Shown: positions 10,732-21,516, counted from the first letter of the stretch. The stretch is DNA of 64,000 nucleotides from Leptonemataceae bacterium (GCA_965227295.1 OZ245742.1:1536001-1600000); one strand, 5' to 3'. Numbers and translations: made by a program. The notes: generated from the letters alone by a model not told the origin.

Positions 10732-12087
10732 ATGCATATCCTTCAGGTGGGAACCCGCGATCTCGGCGGCGGCGCCGAAAAGATCGCCTACGATTTGCAC
10801 GAGGCCTATCTGCGTCGCGGCAACGAATCGCACCTGGCCGTGGGCTTTCAGCATCGCGACGGCTCCTCAGCGGCGGATCGGCGCATCGTCGAGATCACCG
10901 GCAGTCGCGGCGAGACCGCGTGGCAGAAGTTCTGGACGGCCCTCGGTCGGCCCTTCCTGAAACACAGCGGGGCCGGTTGGGGCGCCGGCCGCATCCATCG
11001 ATTGCTGGCGCACCAGATCGGCCGCTTTCCGGCCTGGCGGGACGAGCGCCGCGGCCGGGAAGATTTTTACCATCCTCGCTCCCGGCGTTTGCTGAACCTG
11101 GTGCCCGGCGCGCCGGACGTTCTGCACTGCCACAACCTGCACGGTTCGTACTTTGATCTGCGCATCCTGCCGGAGCTCTCGCGCAAACTTCCCCTTTTCG
11201 TAACCTTGCACGACGAATGGATGCTCACCGGCCACTGCGCCTACACCGTGGACTGTGAGCGCTGGAAGATCGGCTGCGGCGAATGCCCGTACCTCGATCA
11301 TTATCCGGCGTTGCAGGTGGATGGAACGAAAGAGAACTTCGCCATCAAAAAAGACATTTACGCGCGTTCGCAATTACGTGTGGCGGCGCCGTCGCAGTGG
11401 CTGGTGGATGAGGTGCGCGCGTCCGGCATAATGGGCGAACCCGTCGATCTGCGTGTCATTCGCAACGGCATCGACCTGAACGTCTTTCAACCGCCGGCGG
11501 ATCGTGAGTTCGAGCGACGCCGCCTGGCGAAGGAACTCGGCCTGGACGAGCAGGCACCGGTGCTCGTGTTCACGGCGAACGGCGTGCGCCGTAACATCTG
11601 GAAAGACTTCGCAACATTGCGCGACGCCATCGCGCGCACCGCCGAACAAATCGGCGGCAGCATAAACTTCGTTGCCGTCGGTGAAGACTGTCCGGACGAA
11701 CACATCGGTGCGGCGACGATTCGCTTTGTGCCGTACGAAAAAGATCCGCGCAGCGTCGCACGGTACTACCAGGCCGCGGATTTGTATTTGCATGCGGCAC
11801 GGGCCGATAACTTTCCCACCACGATTCTCGAAGCCCTGGCCTGCGGCGCGCCGGCGGTGGCCACCGCGGTGGGCGGCATTCCGGAGACCTTCGTGGATCA
11901 AGAAAGCGGGCTGCTTACGCCGGGCGGAGACGCGAACGCCATGGCGCAGGCCATCGTCGGATTATTGCATGACGGCGAACGGCGTCAGCGAATGAGCGCG
12001 TCGGCAGCACGGTACGCAAAGCGGCACTATGATCGCGAGCGCATGGTGGACGATTACCTGGCCTGGTATCGAAGCGCGCTCTCATAA
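10732..12087 (+). CDS. Glycosyltransferase family 4 (WcaC-like)
   Basis: GGGAEK, HCHNLHG, TLHDEWMLTGHCAY with Cys cluster, DNFPTTILEALACG. Confidence 0.85.
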   Translation: MHILQVGTRDLGGGAEKIAYDLHEAYLRRGNESHLAVGFQHRDGSSAADRRIVEITGSRGETAWQKFWTALGRPFLKHSGAGWGAGRIHRLLAHQIGRFPAWRDERRGREDFYHPRSRRLLNLVPGAPDVLHCHNLHGSYFDLRILPELSRKLPLFVTLHDEWMLTGHCAYTVDCERWKIGCGECPYLDHYPALQVDGTKENFAIKKDIYARSQLRVAAPSQWLVDEVRASGIMGEPVDLRVIRNGIDLNVFQPPADREFERRRLAKELGLDEQAPVLVFTANGVRRNIWKDFATLRDAIARTAEQIGGSINFVAVGEDCPDEHIGAATIRFVPYEKDPRSVARYYQAADLYLHAARADNFPTTILEALACGAPAVATAVGGIPETFVDQESGLLTPGGDANAMAQAIVGLLHDGERRQRMSASAARYAKRHYDRERMVDDYLAWYRSALS

Positions 12088-12093
12088 CTTTCT

Positions 12094-13371
12094 GTGAATG
12101 TACTCTACGATATTTCCCCGCTGGCCGTCGGTCATTTTCACGCCATGGCGCGTACCGGTGTCTTTCGTTATACCGAGAATCTTCTGTTCGAGTTGCTCAA
12201 GCTCGAAGACGTGCAGACCACGCTCTGGTCGTCCCGGAACGAACTCTGGAACATCTATGGCCATCATTACGTTCGCGAACATGACGCGCTGGAATCACAG
12301 TCGCTCGTTACGTTCGCCGATCCGGTTAAGGACCGCCGACTGGCCGAGCGCATAATGCGCCTGGGAAATCCTCCGAGGCGCCGCCTGGAAGGCCTGCTTT
12401 CGCCGCGACGCGCGTTTTCGTACTGGCCGCTGTATCTCGCGCATCGCAAGGCCGCAACCGCACTTTTGCAAAGCTCTGGCGAGATAGACTTAGTCCACTA
12501 CACTTACTTCCCGTCCGTGCCGGAGTGGAACGGCAGGCTGCGGCGGGCCTACACGATCTATGACCTGGTGGCGATTCGTTCGCCGGAGTTGTTCGGAGCC
12601 GAGCAGGATGCTACGATGCGTGCCCTCATCGACGAACTCACGCCGGAAGATGTGATTGTCTGTATTTCCGAAAACACGCGGAACGATCTTCTGGCCGAAC
12701 GCCCGGATTTAAGCAAAGAGCGCGTTTTCGTTACGCCCCTCGGCGCTTCGGCTTCGTTCGCACCCTGCACCGATGCAGCACGCAAACAAGCGATGCGTAA
12801 ACGTTACGGCATTCACCCCGATCGACCGTATGTCCTCGGTCTCGCCACGCTGGAGCCGCGCAAGAACATCGTGCAGGCAGTGCGTGCGTTTGCGGAGTAC
12901 GTTCAATTGCAAAAGGACAGGGACTTGCAGTTCGTTCTCGCCGGCGGACGCGGCTGGAACTTCGACGAGGTCTTCGCAACGATCGACGGGCTGGGTGATC
13001 TACGCGAGCGCATCGTGATTACCGGCTATGTCGACGACGCGGACCTGGCTCCGCTCTACAGCGACGCGTTGTGTTTCGTCTATCTTTCGTTGTATGAGGG
13101 CTTCGGCCTGCCGGTACTCGAGGCCATGCAGTGCGGCCTGCCGGTCATCGCTTCGGATAATTCATCGCTGCCCGAGGTCGTCGGCGACGCCGGGATCCTG
13201 GTGGGTGCCCGGGACAACGAGGCGGTCTGCGCGGCCCTGCATCGTTACGTGAGCGACGCGCAGTTTCGCAGGGACGCGGCGGAACGTTCGCTCAGGCGAG
13301 CGTCGCTTTTCAGCTGGGAACGCTGTGCCAGCCAGACCGTGGATGCGTATCGCACGGCGGTGAACGGTTGA
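12094..13371 (+). CDS. Glycosyltransferase family 4 (MtfB/WbdA-like)
   Basis: [37 protein letters not shown]. Confidence 0.88.
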   Translation: MNVLYDISPLAVGHFHAMARTGVFRYTENLLFELLKLEDVQTTLWSSRNELWNIYGHHYVREHDALESQSLVTFADPVKDRRLAERIMRLGNPPRRRLEGLLSPRRAFSYWPLYLAHRKAATALLQSSGEIDLVHYTYFPSVPEWNGRLRRAYTIYDLVAIRSPELFGAEQDATMRALIDELTPEDVIVCISENTRNDLLAERPDLSKERVFVTPLGASASFAPCTDAARKQAMRKRYGIHPDRPYVLGLATLEPRKNIVQAVRAFAEYVQLQKDRDLQFVLAGGRGWNFDEVFATIDGLGDLRERIVITGYVDDADLAPLYSDALCFVYLSLYEGFGLPVLEAMQCGLPVIASDNSSLPEVVGDAGILVGARDNEAVCAALHRYVSDAQFRRDAAERSLRRASLFSWERCASQTVDAYRTAVNG

Positions 13372-14669
13372 TGCGCGTTCTGTTTGATCTCTCCGTCCCG
13401 GGTACGGCGCACTTTTTTCCCCGGGCGCGCACGGGCGTGAATCGGATTATCGAAGAGTTGCTGGTGCGCCTGGTAACATTTAAGGATATCGAATTAGCGT
13501 TTCGGAGCCTGGAGCACCACATCTTTGTGGCGCAGTCCGTTCGTTACCTGGAATCATCGCTGCAACTGCGCGACCGGCCGTTTCTATACTCCGGAAGCGA
13601 TTTCTACGATGGTTTGATTCGTTCCGTGGGGCGGCGTTTTCCGGAGTCCGCGGACAGTGCTTCGAACGAGGCCGGCACCGCGGTCCACGCGTCCCTGCGC
13701 GGGCGGGCCGTGAAGGCGGTGCTCGCCGCACTCATCAAACTTTCCACGAATCGATTCTACGACGCCGGCCACGATCCCTGCGACATCTATCATTCACCCT
13801 TTCACCCGCTGCCCCGGCGTTTGCACGCGTTGAAAACCGTGCGTCGCTTTACGACGATCTGTGATCTCATCCCGATATTGTTTCCACAATATTTTGAAGA
13901 ACGCGAAAGCGAATACCTGCGAACCATCGTTGCGAACGTCACACCCGAGGACTGGTACCTGTGCATCTCCGAGGCGAGCCGCAACGATTTTCTAAACCAC
14001 GCAACGAATGCGGATCCGGAACGTGTACTCGTCGTGTATCCTGCCGCGGGCGATCATTTAGGTCCGCAGAAAGATCCGCAACAGTTCGCGCGCGTTGTGC
14101 AACGGTACGATTTACGCGAAGGACGGCCGTACTTTCTCGGCCTGAGTACGCTGGAACCGCGCAAGAACATCCGTCGAACGATTCGTTCGTTTGCCGAATT
14201 GATCGCGGCGGGAGACGCCGATGAGGCCGACCTGGTGCTGGCCGGGCCGCGCGGTTGGGACTTCGATTCCGTCTTCGAAGAACTCGACGCCCACGCCGCT
14301 GTTAAAGATCGTGTACGCCTGATCGGTTTTGTCGCCGAGGAAGACCTGGCCGTGTTGTACTCCAACGCGCTGGCGTTTGTCTTTCCCTCGCTCTATGAAG
14401 GCTTCGGCCTGCCGCCGTTGGAGGCGATGCGCTGCGGTACGCCGGTGATTGTTACGAATCGATCGTCGTTGCCCGAGGTCGTCGGAAAGGCCGGCGTGTT
14501 GATCGATCCCGAGGACGGGGCGGCCCTGAGTGAAGCCATGCGAAAGATGTACGCCGACAGCGAGTATCGCGAGAGACTTTCGCGGCGATCCCTCGAGCAG
14601 GCGGCGCAGTTTTCCTGGGAACGCAACGCCGCCGAAACCGCGGCCGCTTATCGGAGGTCGCTCCGTTGA
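13371..14669 (+). CDS. Glycosyltransferase family 4 (MtfB-like), paralogue of upstream gene
   Basis: [44 protein letters not shown] overlap with upstream stop. Confidence 0.88.
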   Translation: MRVLFDLSVPGTAHFFPRARTGVNRIIEELLVRLVTFKDIELAFRSLEHHIFVAQSVRYLESSLQLRDRPFLYSGSDFYDGLIRSVGRRFPESADSASNEAGTAVHASLRGRAVKAVLAALIKLSTNRFYDAGHDPCDIYHSPFHPLPRRLHALKTVRRFTTICDLIPILFPQYFEERESEYLRTIVANVTPEDWYLCISEASRNDFLNHATNADPERVLVVYPAAGDHLGPQKDPQQFARVVQRYDLREGRPYFLGLSTLEPRKNIRRTIRSFAELIAAGDADEADLVLAGPRGWDFDSVFEELDAHAAVKDRVRLIGFVAEEDLAVLYSNALAFVFPSLYEGFGLPPLEAMRCGTPVIVTNRSSLPEVVGKAGVLIDPEDGAALSEAMRKMYADSEYRERLSRRSLEQAAQFSWERNAAETAAAYRRSLR

Positions 14670-15607
14670 AAATCACGATCGTAACGCCGTCGTACAACCA
14701 GGGGCGATTCATCGAGCGGACCATCCGTTCGGTGCTCGAACAAGAAGGGGACTTCGACCTGGAGTACATCGTCATGGACGGCGGCTCCACGGACGAGTCC
14801 GTGCAGATCATCGCAGACTACGCCCGTCGCGTGGAAGCCGGTGAGTACGCGCGCAAACACGGGCACACCGTAAGTTACACCTGGGTCAGCGACAGGGACC
14901 GCGGCCAAACCCACGCCATCAACAAAGGCCTGGCCGTTTCCACGGGCGACGTCCTCGCGTATCTGAACTCCGACGACGTTTATTACCCGGGCGCGCTAAG
15001 TTATGTTGCGAGTACGTTTGTAGGCCAGCCCGGCGTCGAAGTCATCTACGGCCGCGCCGATCACATCGACGTCGACGACGCTTTTCTGGAAGAGTATCCC
15101 ACGCGGGACTTCGACTACGAAATCCTCAAGCAGATTTGTTTCATTTGTCAGCCGGCGCTCTTTTTCCGCCGCAGCGTTTACGATCGCCACGGCCCCTTCC
15201 AGGAAGCCCTGCGCTACGCCATGGACTACGAGTACTGGCTGCGCATCGGCTCCGACGCGCGCTTCGAGTATGCCGACAAAAAACTGGCCGCGTCCAGGTT
15301 CTACGCGGATACGAAGACCCTGGGCGACCGCATTCCGGTGCACCTGGAGTTTCTGAAGATGTTTCGCGAGAAGTTCGGCACCGTGCCGGATCGCTGGCTC
15401 CTGGGTACGGCCTACGTCATCGCCGAAGAACGCTTCCCGCTGCGCGTCCGGGGCCGGCAGCGACTGAGCTACGCCTGGACCCTGCTGCGTGAGAACGCCG
15501 TGAACTTTCGCAGGTACGACGGGCGCCGCCCGAGGTTCTATTATCTCTTAGCTTCTCTTGCAAGTGCATTAACCATGCGCCCCTACCTCCGGTTGTTGCG
15601 AGTATGA
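14666..15607 (+). CDS. Glycosyltransferase family 2
   Basis: IVTPSYNQ, DGGSTD, AINKGL, YLNSDD, MDYEYWLR. Confidence 0.9.
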   Translation: MKITIVTPSYNQGRFIERTIRSVLEQEGDFDLEYIVMDGGSTDESVQIIADYARRVEAGEYARKHGHTVSYTWVSDRDRGQTHAINKGLAVSTGDVLAYLNSDDVYYPGALSYVASTFVGQPGVEVIYGRADHIDVDDAFLEEYPTRDFDYEILKQICFICQPALFFRRSVYDRHGPFQEALRYAMDYEYWLRIGSDARFEYADKKLAASRFYADTKTLGDRIPVHLEFLKMFREKFGTVPDRWLLGTAYVIAEERFPLRVRGRQRLSYAWTLLRENAVNFRRYDGRRPRFYYLLASLASALTMRPYLRLLRV

Positions 15608-16716
15608 TCGTAAGCTACGATTCGCAGATCTGGTCCATGCAAAAGTACGGCGGCATCTCGCGGTACTACTACGAGCTGATTCGCCGCCTGGCCGAACACG
15701 AAGACGTACGCGTAGATCTCCACGCCGGCCTGCACATCAGCGGTTATGATCTGCGGGCCCTGAAGCACCACTGCCGTCGGTTTCATGCCCGGCGCCGGCC
15801 CTATATTCCCTACACGGGTTTCCTGGCGCGCCCTATGAACCGACTGCTCGCGAAGCTGCACGGCGACCCGAAGAGTGATCTGGTCCATCATACCTACTAC
15901 CGGCTGCACCCGGACATTTCACGCACGGCGAAGCGCGTCGTTACGGTATACGATATGATCCAGGAACTCTTCCCGGATTTATTCGCGGCGGGGGACCCTA
16001 CCGCGGCCGACAAGGCACAAGCCGTACATGAGGCCGACGGCATCCTGGCAATCTCCGAGCAGACGAAGCGGGATCTCATGCGCATCTACGACGTCGCGCC
16101 GGAGAAGATTCGCGTGGTGCATCTGGCTAACTCTCTGACGTACGAAGTTAGTCAGGAAGATCTGCCGCGCGAGTTGCAAGCCGGCGATCCGTATCTGCTC
16201 TACGTCGGCCCGCGCTACGTATACAAGAATTACCAGGCGCTGGCGGAAGCTTATGCCGCCGAACCGTTGCTGCATCGTTCCGCAAGATTGGTGCTCTGCG
16301 GCGGCGGCCCGCTCAAAAGCCAGGAACGGGCCGTCTACGAAAAGGCGGGGATCGCGGAACGTGTCCTGCAAATCCCGGGCGACGATCGGCGGCTCGCCGC
16401 GCTGTATGCGCACGCGGCCGTCTTTGTGTATCCGTCCCTCTACGAAGGCTTCGGCATCCCGCCGCTGGAAGCGATGAGTTACGACTGCCCGGTCGTCGCG
16501 AGTACCGGCGGCAGTATCCCGGAAATCTGTGGAGACGCGGCGTTGTACTTCGCGCCGGAAGATCGGGACGCGCTTGTGCGAAACATCGCGACCGTGCTGA
16601 ACGACCACGAGCAGCGCCAGGCTCTGATCCAACGCGGTCGGGCACGGGAACAAAAATATTCGTGGCGCCGCTGCGCGGACGAAACGTTACAGTACTACAA
16701 GGAAATCATTGCATGA
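15604..16716 (+). CDS. Glycosyltransferase family 4
   Basis: GGISRY, TVYDMI, YKNY, YPSLYEGFGIPPLEAM. Confidence 0.88.
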   Translation: MIVSYDSQIWSMQKYGGISRYYYELIRRLAEHEDVRVDLHAGLHISGYDLRALKHHCRRFHARRRPYIPYTGFLARPMNRLLAKLHGDPKSDLVHHTYYRLHPDISRTAKRVVTVYDMIQELFPDLFAAGDPTAADKAQAVHEADGILAISEQTKRDLMRIYDVAPEKIRVVHLANSLTYEVSQEDLPRELQAGDPYLLYVGPRYVYKNYQALAEAYAAEPLLHRSARLVLCGGGPLKSQERAVYEKAGIAERVLQIPGDDRRLAALYAHAAVFVYPSLYEGFGIPPLEAMSYDCPVVASTGGSIPEICGDAALYFAPEDRDALVRNIATVLNDHEQRQALIQRGRAREQKYSWRRCADETLQYYKEIIA

Positions 16717-17768
16717 AAGATCTCAACAGCACCGCCCTGCGTATTGAAAACAATCGCGTCTTCATACTCGACCAAACGCAACTGCCGTCCGCGGAAACCT
16801 GGCTGGAGATTCGCAATCCCGCGGAAATGATCGCGGCCATTCGCCGGCTCTCCGTGCGCGGGGCACCACTCATCAGCATCGCCGCGTGCGCCATCCTCGC
16901 AACCTACGCCGCGGAAACAGCGCGTACACCGGAGGAAATCCTCAAGACCGCCACGGAACTGCGTGAGTCCCGGCCCACCGCGGTAAACCTGATGCTGGCC
17001 CTGGACGCCATGGTGTTTTCGAAGCGCCCGGAAGAACAGAGCACTGCCTTCGCCCCGGAGAGCCTCGCCGTCTTCGCCGAGCATCTGTTCGAAGCGGACG
17101 CGAAGCTCTGCGACGACATTGCCGACCACGGGGCCGCACTCTTAGGTAACGGAGAAAATATCTTAACGCACTGTAACACCGGCGGGTTGGGAACCACCGG
17201 CATCGGCACGGCCATCGGCGTGTTGCGTCGCGCTCACGAACAGGGCAAAAACATCCACGTTTATGTCGACGAAACACGTCCGCTTCTGCAGGGCGGGCGG
17301 CTCACGACCTGGGAACTGGAACAGGCCGGCGTGCCGTACACACTCATTTGCGACAACATGGCCGCCTCGCTCATGCGTGCCGGAAAGATTGATCGTGCGG
17401 TAGTCGGCGCCGATCGCATCGCCCTGAACGGCGACTTTGCGAACAAGACCGGTACCTACAGCGTGGCCGTGCTCTGCAAACATCACGGCATTCCGTTCTA
17501 CTGTGCGGCGCCGCGCACTACGGTGGACCCGGACTGCGAGAACGGCGACAACATTCCCATCGAAATGCGCGATCCCGACGAGGTGCGCGGCTATACCGGC
17601 AAGCTCGTATGGTCGGTGGAAGACTGCGATGTATACAACCCCGCCTTCGACGTCACGCCGGGCGAGTACTTAACAGGATTGATCCTCGATAGCGGTTACG
17701 TTTTCCGCGAGGACATCGAGGCGGGGGCATTGAAAAAGATGTTTCAGGTTTCCGAAGCTAAGATTTAG
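16713..17768 (+). CDS. mtnA: S-methyl-5-thioribose-1-phosphate isomerase
   Basis: ILDQTQLP, VRGAP, SRPTAVNL, LTHCNTG, DETRPLLQGGRLT, GADRI, NPAFDVTP; ATGA overlap with upstream stop. Confidence 0.93.
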   Translation: MKDLNSTALRIENNRVFILDQTQLPSAETWLEIRNPAEMIAAIRRLSVRGAPLISIAACAILATYAAETARTPEEILKTATELRESRPTAVNLMLALDAMVFSKRPEEQSTAFAPESLAVFAEHLFEADAKLCDDIADHGAALLGNGENILTHCNTGGLGTTGIGTAIGVLRRAHEQGKNIHVYVDETRPLLQGGRLTTWELEQAGVPYTLICDNMAASLMRAGKIDRAVVGADRIALNGDFANKTGTYSVAVLCKHHGIPFYCAAPRTTVDPDCENGDNIPIEMRDPDEVRGYTGKLVWSVEDCDVYNPAFDVTPGEYLTGLILDSGYVFREDIEAGALKKMFQVSEAKI

Positions 17769-17789
17769 AAAAATGAAGCTATGACCTCT

Positions 17790-19382
17790 CTACCTCACAT
17801 CCTCCTGTAAAATCCCCTCCGGTACGTCAAACGCCGGATCCCGCCGCAAAACTTCGAGCACCTCTCTCCGCACATTCACGATTTCGAACTCCCCGATCAA
17901 ACCCTCAATTCGCAGCAAGCGATCTTCGCGTCGTCTCTCCGGGGGCGGCGGCCGTAGAATAAAATCCACGTTTCTTTCTCGAAGGTACTCCAGCGGCGCG
18001 TTCTTTTCGTGCCCCACCCAGCCGCGTTCTTCCACGGTCATTCGCGCAATGCGGCGATCGGTGAGACCGGTCTGCGCTTCGATGGCCACGTCCACGTCGA
18101 GATAATACATCAATCCGGCCTGGGCGCCCACGAAGGCGATGACGGGTTGCGCCGCCTGAACGGCCGGCTTTAACTTGAGCGCAACGTTTCTTAAGTGCTC
18201 TACGCGCTCCGGCGTATAGATCTCCTGCTCCTCGCCGACATACTGGATGATGGGCAGCGGCAGGCCGCGATACGGATCGTAGCGGAGCAGGGTCGCGGCT
18301 GCGAACATGAGCGCCAGACCGGCGGTGGCGCGGGCCGAAATGTTCGCGAACGTGCGGCGGAGCATCGCTTCGATCAACAAAAACAGGAGCGGACTCACCG
18401 GCACCCAGAAGCGCGCGAACATGAAATCGCCGCCCACCCAGATCACGTAGGCGATCCACGCCGCGACGATCAGCAGAACCAGTGCCGGCCCGTCTCCCAG
18501 ACTAACCCGGTCCGATCTTACAAACTTTTTGTAAACAAATGCTAACAAAATTGCCGGCGCGGCCAGAAAGACCCAGTACGATGCGAAGTACAATCCCGCA
18601 TACACCAGTCCCTGGCCGGCGTAGGGTTCGTAGGCCGATTTCGCGTAGAACGTATTCGGCAAGACGTCCCCGTAGTACCAGAAGCGAAACAGCCACGCCG
18701 GCACGAACACGCACAGAAACACCGCGTGACTCGCAAACCCCCGCCGCAGCATCCCGCCGAAATCCCGCCAGTCCATCTGACGCCGGACAAAAACGAACAT
18801 CGCCGCGAGGCCGTAGACCAGCAGGCCGTCCGGCCGACTCAAACACGCCACGCTTAGCCAGGCGAAGCCGCCCGCGAAGACCGTGCGTTCGTTGCGCAGG
18901 CCGTTCGCAATAAACAGCACACCGGCCGTGACTGCGAGCGTAAACAGCGGCGTTTCCAGGCCGGACGTGGCGAATACATGCAGATGATCGTGCAGGGCGA
19001 TGGCGGGCAGAATCAGCGGAATAGTCGCCGTCGCACTGTCGCGCGGCCGGAGCGCGGATCCCCACCGAAAGCAGACGAACAACAATGCGGCGTAACATAC
19101 GATGCCCGAAACCTTGCTGAACAGGAGCGGGTCCGCGCCGACGGCCATGCCGGCCGCGATCCACAGCGTCCAGAGAAAGTTTGTGTAGCCCTCCACGTAC
19201 TCGCCGGCGTTAAAGACCAGGCCGTTGCCGCGAACCAGGTTCAGCGCGAAGCGAAAAGAGATGAACGCGTCATCGCAGACCCAGGCCTCACGAATCGCGC
19301 GGCCGACGCCGAAGACGGTGCTCGCCGCGAGTAACAGCGCGTAGAGCGGAGAGAAGTCGCGGAAAATCTTAGCTTTCGCCAT
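17790..19382 (-). CDS. Polytopic membrane protein, AftB-like/GT-C-type glycosyltransferase candidate
   Basis: CDDAFISFRFALNLVRGNGLVFNAGEYVEGYTNFLW, SGLET, RPDG, LPNTFYAK, GGDFMFARF. Confidence 0.7.
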   Translation of the reverse strand: MAKAKIFRDFSPLYALLLAASTVFGVGRAIREAWVCDDAFISFRFALNLVRGNGLVFNAGEYVEGYTNFLWTLWIAAGMAVGADPLLFSKVSGIVCYAALLFVCFRWGSALRPRDSATATIPLILPAIALHDHLHVFATSGLETPLFTLAVTAGVLFIANGLRNERTVFAGGFAWLSVACLSRPDGLLVYGLAAMFVFVRRQMDWRDFGGMLRRGFASHAVFLCVFVPAWLFRFWYYGDVLPNTFYAKSAYEPYAGQGLVYAGLYFASYWVFLAAPAILLAFVYKKFVRSDRVSLGDGPALVLLIVAAWIAYVIWVGGDFMFARFWVPVSPLLFLLIEAMLRRTFANISARATAGLALMFAAATLLRYDPYRGLPLPIIQYVGEEQEIYTPERVEHLRNVALKLKPAVQAAQPVIAFVGAQAGLMYYLDVDVAIEAQTGLTDRRIARMTVEERGWVGHEKNAPLEYLRERNVDFILRPPPPERRREDRLLRIEGLIGEFEIVNVRREVLEVLRRDPAFDVPEGILQEDVR

Positions 19383-19770
19383 GCGTACCTTTGTAAAAAT
19401 CCCGAACGTTTGTCACTGTCGTGCCGACAACGCCGAACACCAGGCCGGCCACCGTGAGTATGTCCACCAGGCGCTGGTCCCAGTCGAGACCGGTCAGCGT
19501 GTCGAACAACAGTTTCGTGAACGACCACGGGATGTCCGTGTGTCCGAGCGCGCGTTTCACGTCCCAGTGCCAGTCGGTCAAAATGCAGTAGCCGAATCCG
19601 TAAAAGAAACCCAGGCCGAGCCAGGACACAAGCGTCAATACGATCAAACCCAGGTGCCAGCGGCGGCTTCGTCGCGGAATCCAGCCGAACACGTTGAACA
19701 CGATCAAAGCCGTATGGAACAGCCAGAAGAAGACGTCCAGCGATTCGTAGATCCAGCGTGATTCGTTCAT
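19369..19770 (-). CDS. Small membrane protein (DUF2784-like)
   Basis: FHTALI..WHL..GYCILTDWHW pattern; hydrophobic; overlaps the next gene start. Confidence 0.65.
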   Translation of the reverse strand: MNESRWIYESLDVFFWLFHTALIVFNVFGWIPRRSRRWHLGLIVLTLVSWLGLGFFYGFGYCILTDWHWDVKRALGHTDIPWSFTKLLFDTLTGLDWDQRLVDILTVAGLVFGVVGTTVTNVRDFYKGTHGES

Positions 19771-19834
19771 TCCTGAAATGGACCGTCCGGGAAATGATTG
19801 ACGACGGCCTCCCGTCGCCGTCCCCTGAGGCGCA

Positions 19835-19907
19835 GCCCCCGTAGCTCAGCAGGATAGAGCAGTGGTTTCCTAAACCATGTGCACAGGTTCGAATCCTGTC
19901 GGGGGCA
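19835..19907 (+). tRNA. tRNA-Arg(CCT), CCA not encoded
   Basis: Acceptor GCCCCCG/CGGGGGC, D-arm GCTC..GAGC, anticodon arm GTGGT-TTCCTAA-ACCAT, T-arm ACAGG-TTCGAAT-CCTGT. Confidence 0.95.
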
Positions 19908-19923
19908 ATGGCAATCCAAAATC

Positions 19924-21018
19924 ATGCAAACGAAGACACTACAGGATCGCCTGGAACGTGAGATGGAACGTTTCCGCGAAGTCGAAGCGAAGCTTGCCGA
20001 TCCGGCGTTCACCGAGAACCCGGCGCAACTGAAGGATCTCTCCCGCGAACACTCGCGGCTCGCTCCGCGCGCCCGGCGCATCGGTGAGTACCTGGAGCTC
20101 TTGAAACAACAGAGCGAGGCCCGGGCCATCATCAACGACGCGAGTGCCGAGGCTGAGCTCAAGTCCATGGCCGAAGAAGAACTGGACGGCCTGGAAGAAC
20201 GCCTGAGCGCCGAGCGCCGGGAGATCGAGTACCTGTTGATCCCGCCGGACCCGCACAGCGGGCGGTCCGTCATTATGGAGATTCGCGCGGGTACCGGCGG
20301 CGACGAGGCCGGCCTGTTCGTCGGCGATCTCATGCGCATGTACACGCGCTTCGCCGAACGCCGGGACGGGGTGAGCGTGGAGTTGATCAGCGCGCACGAG
20401 CAGGACATGGGCGGTTACCGCGAGGTGGTGTTATCGTTCTCCGGCAGCGAAGCCTACGATCTGCTGCACCGTGAAGGCGGCGCGCATCGCGTGCAGCGCA
20501 TACCCGTCACCGAAAGCGGCGGCCGCATTCACACGTCCGCAGTCACGGTGGCGGTCATGCCCGAGGCCGACGAAGAAGACATCGAGATCGACGAGCACAA
20601 AGATTTGCAGATCGACGTCTATCGCGCGAGTGGCGCCGGCGGCCAGCACGTGAACAAAACCGAATCGGCCATCCGCATAACGCACCTGCCCACGGGCCTG
20701 GTCGTCACCTGTCAGGACGAACGTTCGCAGTTAAAGAACAAGATCAAAGCGTTGCGAGTATTGCGCGCGCGTCTGGCGGAGCAGGCCGAGGCCGAACGTC
20801 ACGCCGCGGACGCCGCGCTCAAGAAAGAGCAGGTCAAGAGCGGCGACCGCAGCGAACGCATTCGCACCTACAACTATCCCCAGGGTCGGGTTACGGACCA
20901 TCGCATCGGCTACACCATGCACAATCTGCCGGCTTTCATGGAAGGCGAGATCGACGATCTACTGGAAGCATTGTTGCAAGGAGAACGCGAGGAAAAGTTA
21001 GCGCAGTTGGATGAATAG
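19924..21018 (+). CDS. prfA: Peptide chain release factor 1
   Basis: EIRAGTGGDEA, HRVQRIPVTE (PxT, RF1-specific), GAGGQHVN, RIRTYNYPQGRVTDHRI; the ORF-track start at 19879 lies inside the tRNA, so ATG 19924 is used. Confidence 0.96.
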   Translation: MQTKTLQDRLEREMERFREVEAKLADPAFTENPAQLKDLSREHSRLAPRARRIGEYLELLKQQSEARAIINDASAEAELKSMAEEELDGLEERLSAERREIEYLLIPPDPHSGRSVIMEIRAGTGGDEAGLFVGDLMRMYTRFAERRDGVSVELISAHEQDMGGYREVVLSFSGSEAYDLLHREGGAHRVQRIPVTESGGRIHTSAVTVAVMPEADEEDIEIDEHKDLQIDVYRASGAGGQHVNKTESAIRITHLPTGLVVTCQDERSQLKNKIKALRVLRARLAEQAEAERHAADAALKKEQVKSGDRSERIRTYNYPQGRVTDHRIGYTMHNLPAFMEGEIDDLLEALLQGEREEKLAQLDE

Positions 21019-21020
21019 AT

Positions 21021-21066
21021 CACCGGGGACCGAGGACTCTCTCCAACATTCCCCGGCACTCGGTGT
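21021..21066. repeat. Short hairpin; internally deleted copy of the CCGAGG inverted-end element
   Basis: CACCGGGGACCGAGGA ... TTCCCCGGCACTCGGTGT between convergent prfA and VOC genes; ends resemble those at 22324 and 59357. Confidence 0.6.
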
Positions 21067-21075
21067 CAATCTTCC

Positions 21076-21516
21076 TCACCCCTTCGAATTCAGAAACTCC
21101 GCGGTCCCGGCGCTGTACTGTTGTGCGAATTCCTCCGACGGCGGGATCAATTGAATCATGTCGATCAGCACACCGTTGGGGTCCGAAGTAATGAAGTGAC
21201 GCTGACCCCAGTCCTCGGAGCGCAGCTCCAGGTGTACGGGCAGCCCGGCGGAAGTGAGACGTTCGTACTCACGGTCGACATCCTCCACCTCGAAGTTCAG
21301 GATCACACCCTGGGCCGGTCGGCGAAACGACTCCGGCACGCTGGGGTGCGTGTAATCGAGCAGGGCCAGTTGGAAGGGCTGCTCGCTCTTTGAGATTAAG
21401 CTGACGTACCAGTCCGAGTCGAACGTCAGTTCGAACGGGAAGTGTTTTAAGTAAAACTCCCGCGACTCCGCGAGACGATCGGTGCCGAGCACCGGGTAAA
21501 AGCTTTCCAGTTTCAT
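21076..21516 (-). CDS. VOC/glyoxalase/bleomycin-resistance family protein
   Basis: [33 protein letters not shown]. Confidence 0.88.
   Translation of the reverse strand: MKLESFYPVLGTDRLAESREFYLKHFPFELTFDSDWYVSLISKSEQPFQLALLDYTHPSVPESFRRPAQGVILNFEVEDVDREYERLTSAGLPVHLELRSEDWGQRHFITSDPNGVLIDMIQLIPPSEEFAQQYSAGTAEFLNSKG

Noticed and set aside
19835-19907. tRNA-Arg as integration site of an island
   Set aside because: No duplicated tRNA 3' end and no integrase were seen; prfA follows directly.
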